DNA of 64,000 bases from Raillietiella orientalis. Taxonomy: Eukaryota. Of this stretch, positions 11,601-22,439 are shown piece after piece. Position 1 is the first letter of the stretch, and each line of letters opens with the position of its first letter. Both the position numbers and the translations under genes were made by a program. The notes beneath the pieces are model-generated. The model had not been told where the DNA came from. It made no database searches and saw only the letters and a list, made by a program, of their open reading frames with translations. The stretch covers positions 1,054,001 to 1,118,000 of the forward strand of contig JAYWIR010000049.1 in the NCBI GenBank assembly GCA_036172245.1, given 5' to 3'.

Positions 11601-13979
11601 AAAGAACGTGGAAGGAGGGAGATCTCTCGCGCGCGGCGGAGACGGGAAGCACCAGAGGTCGCTTCTTCACTCCTCCTCCCCCTGCCCCTCTTCCATCTCC
11701 TGCTAGTGGACGGCGCGCAGGGTCTCCAAAGAAGAAGGGAGGGGAAATCGATAGGGAGAGTTCCTGGAGGCGGGGGAAGAAACTTTCGGAAAAGGGGGGG
11801 GATGAAGAGGAGACTTAATGACGATGATGACCCGGGAATGCCGAGCGGCTAAATCGGAAAGGGGGAGAGCCGCTGAATTCGGGACTCGGGAAGTACTGCG
11901 GAAATCGATCGCGGATACCTTCGTGCCTGAGGATGGAAGGAGCGCCTGCCTGGGTGCTGGACAGCGGAAGCGAGCCGAGATGACGTCTCCTCCCAGGGAT
12001 GATAGGCTCCACATCGCTCCCGGGAAGCATCGCTCCAGGGCTCGCAAAAAAAAAAAGGCAGGTGGGCGCGGCCGGCAGGGTAGGAGAGGAGCGCCATCAC
12101 TTGGCGCTTCCCGACCCGCCGTCGTCTCCATGGCTAGACAGACACACCCTTCCTCCCCCTCCTCGTCTCCTCCACCCTGCCCTCGCCATCTTCCCTCGCC
12201 GCCCAGTGCATCTCCTGGATCAGCGAGTCACCGGCACGTGCCAGCAGGATTCGCTCAGCAACCCTCTCCTCCCACTTCACACCTTCCTTGCCGGCGGCGA
12301 GAGTAGTTCCGTGGCAACTCCGGTTGGGTCCATCGGAAGGATCCTGAAGAAACGTCCCCGTGGCGTTCCCTTGGAATTCTCGATAGAAAAAGTTGCACCC
12401 TTCCAAAATCCGGACAATGGATCCGAAATTCCCTCCGCTCCGCTCAGTGTCCGTCCGAGGGTCCAGCTCGCTCGCCTCCTTAGCGTGATTCGCGCCCTGA
12501 GTCTCCGGCGATACCCATAAAACCCTGTCTGCTGGCGTCGTGGCGCGCTGGCATGTCCGACCGAGTGCTCCTGGCATGGCATCACACCTGGGTCGTCAGT
12601 CGAAAGCAGCTGCTCCCACCGCTCAATAGTGGGAGCTCGATCTCCAATTCGCTTCTGTGCTGCACCAACTTTCGCTGAGCACCTCGGTTCCCCCTCCACC
12701 TTCTTTCTGTGCTGCCTGCAAACGGTTGTCCGGAGATGGAACGCGCATCTCATTCGACACTTCTCTCCGTGTGCGCGCCTCCAGAAGAGCAGGAGCGCTT
12801 TCGGTGGTTGCTGCTCGCACTCAAAACGCCCGCGTTCCCTTGCACACTGTGGGATAGTGGGAGTGAGAGACGATTCAAGGGTGCGCGCTCCTGCCTCCAG
12901 GGGGGAGGGGGCTACATGGAGACCCTCGCAGCGCTCACTGCTGGAGTTTTGGGAATCAGCAGGTGACCCAAGCTGTCCACTAAAAAGATTGGGATTTCTG
13001 CAGAACCAGCCAAGAAGGAGAAAAGAAAAGAAGGTACACTGTTTGCTGGCATCCCGCTTCTGGACCGATCCTGCGATCTCAGGATCGCCTCGAACATCCA
13101 GACTTGTGGGTAAAAAAAATGGCATGGAAGGGACTATGCATCCCTCGGAAAGATCCTCGGAAGCCTTCAAGACCAGCCAACAGATTCAAAGGCGGAGTCT
13201 GCAAGTACCACCCCTATGGTAGTCTTTCAGTGGTGCGACCAGGCGTCCTAAGGCATCCCGTCCTTTTTCCCTGGAGCATGGAAGAGGGTGGCGAGAAGAA
13301 GGTTCCTTGTGAGCGCTCTTTAGATAAGGGGAATGAATGAGGATGTTCGAGTGTCTTGTGGATCAGAAAGCAAGCAGGGGTGCAGACATAGACTGACCCT
13401 GTTGAGATTGTGAAAAATGGATGTGGAGGCCACTGGGATCTCGGAAAGTCCTCCGCGTGTCGCTGCTACTCTGACCTTCCCTTTCCTTTCCTCCCTGTCC
13501 TTCCCCGGAGCTGCAATCGTCGGATCTGCAGGATTCAGGAGAACGCGCATGCTCCAGCCCAAACCCTCACCTCCCTCCCCGATCGGAGGCTGCATCTTCT
13601 CTTCCTCGACAGAGGTCATAGCACACATCTCAGTCTCCCTGAATCTACATCTCACCAGGACGTGGAATTTTCCCAGAGGAGGCGGCGGCGCGTCTTCTCA
13701 CCTACCAAGAGCTGCTGCCAATGCTCGAGGAATGACGGGAGAGCAAAGATTCTTCTCTTCTTCTTCCTCCTCCCGTCTCCCGCAGCAACCTGTCCCGCCG
13801 CCGGGTCCACGAGGAAAAAGGAGAAGGAAGGCGCGGGGTATCGATTTCGGCGTGGGAAGGCGAATCAACGAGGGAGCGGGGAAGCACAAGGAGCGGGCGC
13901 TGAATGCAGTCCCATCCGAGGCCGTGTCTGCTTTCGCGTTAGTCCGACTTCAGGGACTCCTCAGGGGACGTGGATTGAT

Positions 13980-14700
13980 TCCTGGCATCCACGAACTGCC
14001 AAGAAGGCCCGCAAGAGCAGTCAGTCGGTCAACTGGACGACTGACTGGTTGCTCTTGCAGGGACAAGGAGCAGCTGCTGTGGCACATCCCACCTGGGCTA
14101 GGGGAAAGCGTGCATCTACCCCCTGGAAAGTTCTCCGGGAGCAGTTGAGGGCGGAGAAGAGAGAGGAAAAGAAATCCTGGAAGAAAGCTTTCCTGGATAA
14201 GGCGCGTCCCTCCCGAGGGGGGTGCGAAAACCGGGTGCCTCGCAGTATGTTACAGAGCAAGCAGAATGTCTGGAGACACAGCATTCGAGGAAGGGCAACG
14301 AAGAACTGCGACGCACTGCGACTTTCTTTTCCATCTCTGAGATTCCTAAGAGGAACTGCGACGTCCGTGTACGATTACCCGCAGCGTACGAAGAGAAGAC
14401 GCGCACGTGGAGCAGAAGGCAGCAGAGGCGCGTTGTCGACCGTAAGACCTCAGCCGATCTCTGAGGAACTGCCGCTGCGTCCGTCGAATGATCCGATTCG
14501 GCCTTGACTTTCATTCCGCGGGGATACTGCCTCTGCGTCCTTCCTGGGTTCCCGGCCACAAGGAAGGAGACTTGGACGCATGATCTCGTCTCCGTGTCGT
14601 TTACGCCCCTCTCTTTGGCTGCTCACGACGTATCGGTTCTTCAGCGTTGAAAAGGGAATTTCCAACAGAATAAGCATCAGTGAGGCGACAATTTAAGTGT
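13980..14700 (+). pseudogene. Eroded superfamily 2 helicase (poxvirus A18-like), N-terminal domain
   Basis: Q-motif-like EL...(QE)AV at ~13993. Motif I-like LLWHIPPGLGES at 14074. Motif Ia VPRSMLQSKQNVW at 14235. Motif II-like VVDRKTSA at 14432. Motif III-like LPGFPATR at ~14540. Order and spacing fit SF2 helicases; frameshifted. Confidence 0.55.
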
Positions 14701-16949
14701 CCATCACCTTCTCCCGTATCCGCGTTTTCTATAGATGTTTTTCAGGTCGTGTTTTCCACGGAGACGATCAAGGGACGACCATGCTGCTGAAGCAGCAGCC
14801 CGACGCGACGTCACTGGAGGAGAAAAGGGAGGTCACGCGATGACAAGCAGGTCATCCTGGGTCGCCTTCTATGAAGGTTAAAGATTGAAGATTATCTAAA
14901 ATTGAAGATTGTAAAGATTAAGGATTTTCTAAGACTACTGAAACAACAGCTAGTCATAGTCTTCTCGATGGCTCGGAAGGGCAACTTGGAGAGAGAAAGA
15001 ACCAGCAACGACTGAGGCTAACGGATGCTACCCGCACGTCGCGAGAGGCGCCATTATTCTGCACTCTCTCTTAGTGGTACCAGACGGGCGGAGAGCGGGT
15101 CGTCCGTCTGGAACTCGGCGCCGCTCTCGACTCCCAGCATCGCATCATAAATCAGATGGGCAGATCTCGTCTTCAGAGACTCCTGGGATCTCCCAGACTG
15201 CTGATCGCTCTTCTTTCTTCTTTCTTCCAGTAAGACGGGATGTGAAATGTTAAATCATTTTCCTCGGTCTTCAACATCCTTCTTCCCCTCCTCCCCCCCC
15301 ACATCTTTAGTTTCCAGAGACGTCAGAGGCGCAGCCTCCGAGTGTTCTCCATCGGACTCTCTCTGACAGAGAATCTCTAGCTGCTGCCTAGGCGGAAGAG
15401 GAGGAGGATATTTGCTCTCTCGTTTTTCCTCGAGCGTCAGCAGCTGTCTCTGGTTCGGGATTTCGAATGCTCTCTCGAATCGCCTACTCCTGCAGGAACT
15501 CAATGGATATGCGTCCGTCTCTCGAGAATCTTCGGAGGGAACTGCCTCACGTCGTCGTCGCGCGCCCTTTCTCAGAAATCCAGCGAAAAATAAACGATCT
15601 GTCGTTCTTCCTTCCTTGCAAGGATAACTGGCAGGTGAAGACCAGATGCCTCCGCGCCAAACCGGATTCCATTCGGGAAGGTGGCGGGATCTGTTCCTGG
15701 GGTGCTTTCCAGAAAAGACGATACCGCACCGGCATGCCAGTAGAGGGCGCCAGAAAGTCATGCCCATGACTCGCTTTTCCAGCAGCCGGAGACGGCCCCG
15801 TAACCCCGTCCTGGGAAGAGCACAGGATGAGATTTCTGTTGCACTGACCAGTTGGCCCTCTGCAAGCCTTTCCTTCTCTGAGTCCACAGGAAACTCTGAA
15901 TCCTGCAGAGCAGAAGCCCGTCCCGAAGGAAGAGCCGAGGTCCCGGAAAACAGTACAAAGGTCGTCCGTCGAGAACCTTTCTTCTCCTGATGGAAAAGAG
16001 CAGAATGGACGAAGAGTGAGTGAGAAGAGAGACGTGGATGGGCGGGTGGGCCCCGTTTGGAGCCCTGGCTGCTTGTAGTGGCCTCCTCCTTGGCGAATCC
16101 GTCACTGGCACCCACCAAGAACCCTTGAGAGAGTCAACAAAGACAACGCGATGCCGTGAAAGATGAGGGAGAAGCTAATACCATCTCCAGAAGGAAGAAA
16201 GGATCTCCTGCCTGAAGGCGAAATTCGCAGTCCGATTGACAACTATAGGAATGATCTGGACACCCTGCTGGAGGAGTTTCTTGACTGATAACCAGGAAAT
16301 GGGACTCCGTCCAGTGATGGAAGCGAAACGGCGGAAAATAGGAGAAGTGCACGGAGAGGTAGAGCGGCACGGGAGAGCTGCCTGTGAGGAGGGCCTTAAG
16401 ATGGTGGAGGAGGTACTGTCGACCCACAGGAATCTTCTCCCGATGATCATCGGGAGAAGATGAGATCGGTTTCGCGGCCGGCGGATTCGATGATCCATCG
16501 GCACGCTCATAGCATCGATTCCTACGGCAACAGACAGGGAAGCCTCCTCGGTCAGTCTGGTGCGCTTGGAGATGTCGGTAGAGAGGGGTGGCTGCGTTGG
16601 TTCCTACGTGGTTGCTGAGAGACCATTGTGAAGAGACGACCATTCTCCTGGAATAGGCATCCGGCTTTCTCTCTTCCACCTCTCTGTGCACTTCCAAGTT
16701 TCCATAAAGGACTCTGATAGCCTCCTCAATCTCCTTTCTCTGATGACGAACAGACACCTGGAAGATCCTGGACAGAAATATGACGCACCGATTGTCAGAG
16801 GAGCTCCAGGAGATTCTGCAAGAAGGGGGAAGGGAGAAGCGTCTGCACTGGCAAGGGCTCTCTCTTGCCCAGCAACGCGTTTGTCTCGAGGATCCGGGAC
16901 ACTGGAGTGGAGATGTTGGTGCACCTGCTGTCAGATGGTGTCAGGTGCG

Positions 16950-19150
16950 CCACTCTTGTGCATGGAAGACATTTCGGACATAGGCACGTGGGCGACCAGT
17001 CTAGAGTCGAGTCCAGGGTGAAGCCCCGTGAACCACCCTCCGGTGAAAAGCGCGTTTCACGAGAGAGTCCCATCTTGGAAGGGGTCTTATAGCCAGGGCA
17101 GTCTGTCCAGAGACAACCTGCCCTTCCTGTGGAACTCCCTTCCCGACAAGATGTCGGTGGACGCCTCTTTAGGATGTGCTGCTGCGACAAAGACGGATGC
17201 GACCACTTCCCACTCGCTCATCGCCTCTTTCCTTTTCGGAACCCTCGGCAGGGGGTACATCGACGACAACGGAGCATCCCGGCTCCAGAGGTGAGACGGA
17301 GCGGCGGTAATAGAAAGAGCTGGAGCAGCATCCGGGGCTCTTCTCATTGCTGGATTCCGACTTCTAATCATCCTCATTTCACAGTTCTCCTCTTCTGAGA
17401 TTCATGCAGATAGATAGGTTTTCATTTCACGTCCCCAAAGCATCGCCAGTTCACGACGAGGTCCACACGCCAGACGCCCACGGAACTCCTCTAAGTGACG
17501 ACTGCAAAAAAAAAAAAAATTCAAGAGCTTCCCACTTCTTCTCCCCGGATAAATTCGAACCATGAAAATCCGACACTCCAAGAGCTCAAGTGCACTTATT
17601 GATTCCAACCCACTGTTACCATCGATCGAAGCCTTTTAATGGAAGCGACTGGAATGGTTACTTGTTAATCATACCAGTGTTGATGTCGCCATATTCAACT
17701 CTCGCCATATCGGAACGTGCGTGCGTTCCATCGAAGATTCTGTAAAAGGAAGAGTGTGTGCATCGAGGAGGTTCAACACCTTTAGCAGTGTGGGCATGCA
17801 TCCAGAGAAATATGGAAAGGATGTTTGCGTAATTCCACACACACGAATATGTGAAAAAAAAAAATTCCGATTTTTACCCCTGAAGTCATAGCTGCTTACA
17901 ATCATTAATAGTCGTTTGTGATCGGTTCTTAATTACAGAGTTCAGTAGCCTATAATGAGAGTACGATTCTCTCATGTGATGTAAAGGGGAGGCGTTTCGC
18001 GAGCACACTGCGATGTAGTCAGCTGTTCATCCGCCACCAGGGCTGGAGAGTACGAGACAGACATCCATGTGAGGTGGAGACACCGCCGAGGTTGAAGACG
18101 TTGCATCCGACATCGATCAAGAGTGCTCTCCTTGTTTTTTTTGAATAGGTCGTCGAACTTGAGGCGATATCGGGAGAACCAGTCGTCAGACTTCAAAAGA
18201 CAGACATGTGCTCCCGTTGGTTCACTGGAGATTTTTGCAGTTCCTCCTCACCTGCAAGATAAGAGCGTTCAGCGGTGAAGGGGCGGTGGCAAGCAGTGTG
18301 ACCCTCCCTCTCCTCCTTCCCAACCATATCCTGGATTTCAAAAATCCCCGACTGCTGCAGATTCCGACGCAGCGAAATGCCCAAACTCGGCAGTTCGACT
18401 GATTGGTTTTGTCTGATGGTATCGGGCGATGTGACGCATCCCCGATAATTATTTAGGCAAAGGAAGCGAAGGGCACATGGAGGGCAAATGAGTCCCAGAT
18501 TGCGTGCTTCGCGTGAAGATGAAATGTCTAGATTTGAATATCTTCCTGTATGCAAAGGAGTATCCAAGTATCATACGTTGGAATTCGTCCGGAATTTGTT
18601 AACAAGTTAGGCTATAGGGAAAGCGGTGGAAGACAGCGGTGGAGGCGATAAAAGATAAATGGTAAGAGCATCAGAGAAATAGCCAGGAGGGAACCCCCCG
18701 ACAAAAATAACAAAACCACGGAGATTCGAGGGGCATCTGAGTCCTTGGCCAAACTCTGAGAAAATATGAGTGGTTCACGTTACTGTACTATCTGATCTTA
18801 GAAGGTTGGTACTTAAAATCGGCATCTCCATAGTGTTCGAGGTATCAGCATGATGTTCGAAGGGGGTCAGAAAAAGTCTATTAATCCGGGGTAGAAAGAA
18901 TGGTAGAAATTGAAAAGAGATATGAATAAAATCAGAACGAGTTTGTTATTTACATTTTACATGAAAATCTCTTCTCCACGTCTTTTTCACAGATAAGCCT
19001 ACTTGTTTGAAATTCTGCGTGGGCGATGAGCCTTGAGAGCTTCCGACGAGTGTTTGCTGCTGATAGATTTATCTAATGCTCTCACCAATACTGTGGTTGG
19101 GATGTTCTTCCCCGTCGGCAGCAAGTGAACCATCTCATAACTCATCTTCC
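16950..19150 (-). pseudogene. polB: Eroded, intronless family B DNA polymerase (delta-like, probably viral)
   Basis: Minus strand, in order. GRIPTYD..TFHLHA at ~18590 (exonuclease region). VELPSLGISL. TGAHV-x13-LKFDDLF at 18217-18143 (cf. TGATV-x14-LDFSSLY). LRTDHKRLL..VCGIT (region III-like). TAKG-x28-YGDINT with YGD at 17693-17685 (same spacing as TGFG-x28-YGDTDS of Pol delta). LELLE..EKKW..FRG..RRE at ~17590-17450. AH and DRLPW at ~17100 (cf. DRVPY). Confidence 0.75.
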
Positions 19151-19409
19151 TTCGATCTTTCTTCAGTGATGCTGTTTGGAGCCATCTCCTTTTTTGCTGA
19201 TTTACTGTGCAGCTCTAAACATGGCGTTAAGAATGGCAGCCCTTCTTGTGGCAAATAGGTTTTCCTGACTTTAGAATCAACTGTGCAATCACTGATTTTT
19301 TTTGCAAGTCATAATAACGCGCGCAACCTCTTCGTGATTTTCTGCAAACCAAAGGCAGAGAGCTCGTTAAGTAAGAGCACTTTCTGCTGGACCGGAAATC
19401 AGTGAGCTC

Positions 19410-21900
19410 AGCAATCGATAGACAATCACCAAAATAATCACAGCAACTCATTCTGATGCAACTTTTGGATGCGAAAGATGATTATAACTCTCTTGTGCAA
19501 CACGTACACCATGGACATCATGGGGTATGCATCAGAAACCTCCATGATGTATATTCGCGGTGTCCATCATGAACATCATAACGGGCTTTGCTTGTTCGTT
19601 TAGGATGCTTCATTCTTCATCACACCTTTTGAGGCTAAGGGGCTTCCGATCAGTCTCGTTGAATCCTAGCATCGATCTGATTTTGTCGATTTCCATCACT
19701 CCTCCCGCTCATGTACTTTCTGGTAGGAGTGATGGAGAGAAGTTTGGGAGGCGCAAACGCAAAGGAGTTCCACAGCACGTGCTTTTCTTCCTCATCACCA
19801 CCTTCAAAGCAAAGGGGAAAGCTGAAGGAAGAAGTTGCAAGGAACCTGCAAATTTGGAAGTTCAGCTCGTTAAGAACAAGCGATCACCTAGATGATTCTT
19901 TAACCACTGCTCCAAAAGAATTCAGCGGTGGACATGCATCAGGGAAGCTTTGCAGAGCTGAATTTCTTTCGAAGAGCTTGCCACCCCGTCTGGAGGTACT
20001 TGTCTCACAATGGGAGTGTGGCGTTGCGTTGCGCGTTTCGAAGCAACCGCTACTCTACGATCTCTTCTCAATCTCATCGTCGACTTTGCAAGTGTGGTGC
20101 GCATGCGAAAATTCTCTGCCTGCGTTATGCATGGTTGTGTTTTCTCTGAAGAGGAACGCACACGTTTAGGTGTGATGGAGCACTGCAGCCAAGATAAGTT
20201 TCGAAATAGCAGAAAGAAAACTGAAAAGAAAGGATGTGGACTTTGTTCCAAAGATTCCACTGACGCTTCAAAGGAAAGTGTGTTTTTTCAACTCGAGCCG
20301 GAATCTAAAATCCATGGCTAGCTGAAGTTCTGGGCGATGATCGATCTACAACTTTACCTGCGGTTTTAGCGTGCTTCTAAAACCTTTGAAAGGAGGACCA
20401 CGCCTTTGAAAAAAGGGGGGTGGGGGCGAGGGAGGTAATTATGGAGTCGGAGGACACGTAAGCACTGAGAAAGCTGTGTATGAACTTCTTTAACAATTCA
20501 GGCAGATATCCTTACACTGTTATCGAAGGAAGATTCCAGGGTCATTTGATCAAAAATCATGGAAGAATTTTGTCACTGACTTGAAATTTCACGTGCCATG
20601 CTGACAGTCAAACCAGATGAATAGAGGAGAATTCTAGAATTCCCGATAGAATCCCCAATCACGATTCAACTTTGGTTTCAAATTCATACGCGTCAGGGAA
20701 TGAAACGACCCATAATCGATCAAGGACGGCAGCTTACGGAAGGACAGATTGCTTCTGTCCAGATGAATTCGACAGAGACTTCAGATGATATTTCTTGGGT
20801 TTACGTAGTATTCTGCTTCATACGACATTTCAACGCGCGCGTACGGCTCGAGCCTTAGCAAACCTTCAAACCAAATGGTAGAATCCCAGAGATTCAGTTA
20901 GCTGGGAAAATGAATTCTGTATTTCCATTTCTATGGCTGTTCCTGGTAACTCCGACCGGCGAATGGATTCCGAAAACCTCAGTGAACAGATTAATAACTT
21001 GCAATTCTTAGAGCCCGTCTTACCACAACGATCCACTGATGCTCTGCGGGAATAGCGTGATGTGTGGAAAGGGAAGATGGGTTTCTCGTGGAATGGCTGC
21101 GCGCATGGCAAACATGAATCCAAAGAGCAGCAAAGAATCTGATCTCGGTTCGGGCCATCGGGAAAATATTCAAGCAATAAACGTAAAATGTGCTCTCTAA
21201 TGACAGGATACTTGCTCGTATGAGCTCATGGGAGGGAGCGAAACTCAAGTGTATAAACCTTTTCTTGGGGACAGTCTTACCATATTTTAAAAATGGAGGA
21301 ATCCTACATTCGAATCTTTAGGCAAAGCTTTCCTTCCTAGTGACTTCTCTACTGCTGCTTCCCTCCCCCCCCCCCCGTCCCTTGCAAGATTTGTCTTAAG
21401 TAGTTTGTTCTGAGAGCACATATCCTCTCGCTGGATAGGCTGACTTCCTTTGCAGAAAATCTTGGAGCCTCATTTTCCAACGACAAAGAAAGGTTTGCGG
21501 GATCTGTCCATGATTTAGAGGACTGCACATAGATATCACTATCAAACCTGAGCTGGGGAGAATACGCAGCGACTGGATCAACGTGCCCTTATCCTTAAGA
21601 CGTCCTATGGTGATGGTTGAAGACCAGCATGTCGCGAACTTTCAGCGAAACAGGAGCTCACACGCTGCATAAATTTCCTGGGATTCCGTAAAGGTCATCA
21701 CAGGAAGTACATATGGGCACTTGAGGATCGTGTCTTCAATAGCTGCTGACGTCATCCCTGTAATCGAGCTCTCGCCCATCTTTGCAGCAGTAGTGCGGAA
21801 ATCCACTGGTGGATTCTACAGGAGTCCTCCTAGCACCCTCGAACTGAACTAGAAAGTGCAGAGTGCATTCTCTGATGTGGAACGTCTTCCTTTTACGCTC
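19410..21900 (+). mobile_element. Decayed Ty3/Gypsy pol (RT-RNase H-integrase)
   Basis: FFITPF at ~19615, LRSLLNL at ~20055, STDASK at ~20257, YTVIE at ~20513, FVTDLK at ~20570, GLHIDI at ~21520. Gypsy domain order, with many stops and frameshifts. Confidence 0.5.
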
Positions 21901-22439
21901 TGAACACGTTTCGTCTCTGTTCACCCTAATCCCGCTATTCGCTGCAGGGACGAGGACAAGTTAACGTGGCTTCTGCTGCAGAAGCAGTTTTCAGAAGGAA
22001 CAGACTTCTTTATAAATAGAATTTCAAAACGATTAGAAGGAATCGCTCTCTCTCCCTGGGTCTTTGAGAGGTAGACAGCGAGTTTTCTGTTAAACTTCAC
22101 TCTAGGATTTGTTGAGGTCGAAGTGAAGCTGTCTGAGTCAGCTGCGCTGTAGGCGCCAGCATCTATTTCCAAAACCAAAAAAATTTTGGAATGGAAAATC
22201 TTCGAGCCTTGAATCTGTGAGATTTTCGGTAGTCTTTTTCCGCTTTCTTAGTTCCCCGATTTCTCTCGGTATTTCAGGTACAATTTTGTTTAAAAATGGG
22301 GGATGTCATTAAAAGAATGGCATTTCAAAGTGATGTCATAGTGACTGATGACCTCACGTTCCGAAGTAGACCGTAGCTCAAAGTGCACCTACGGTTGTTT
22401 AAGTACGGTCAGCATACGGAGAAGCATGACAACTAAATA

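Larger units (their letters stand above)
6250..12520 (+). pseudogene. rpb1: Eroded, intronless RNA polymerase largest subunit (RPB1-like, probably viral), interrupted by a Gypsy fragment
   Basis: Motifs occur in the expected order across frameshifts. LD*RLDSI at 6368 (cf. DPRLGSI). LSICPVFC at 6650. MIVNVF*GAPPP at 7045 (cf. WMILTCLPVPPP). FRDR..K..SKK..F at 7250. RH..G.V....QP at 8901. NADLDG at 9075 (cf. catalytic NADFDGD). STQ*HPCF*VG..QD at 9177 (cf. SPQSNKPCMGIVQD). SGKRLVS at 9496. FCLLELDLRNELLD at 10590 and TARAHAPGGFLQK at 10698 (bridge helix, cf. FFFHAMGGREGLID / TAVKTAETGYIQR). DEVLWELE..VPG..IGE..Q at 11338-11445 (trigger-loop region). SHRHV at 12226 and GVPLEFSIE at 12362. No heptad CTD seen. 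Confidence 0.75.

Noticed and set aside
10266..14507. Long ORFs in the track (183-365 aa) as functional genes
   Set aside because: They are GC-driven open frames or pieces of frameshifted fossils. Conserved motifs jump between frames and catalytic residues are mutated.
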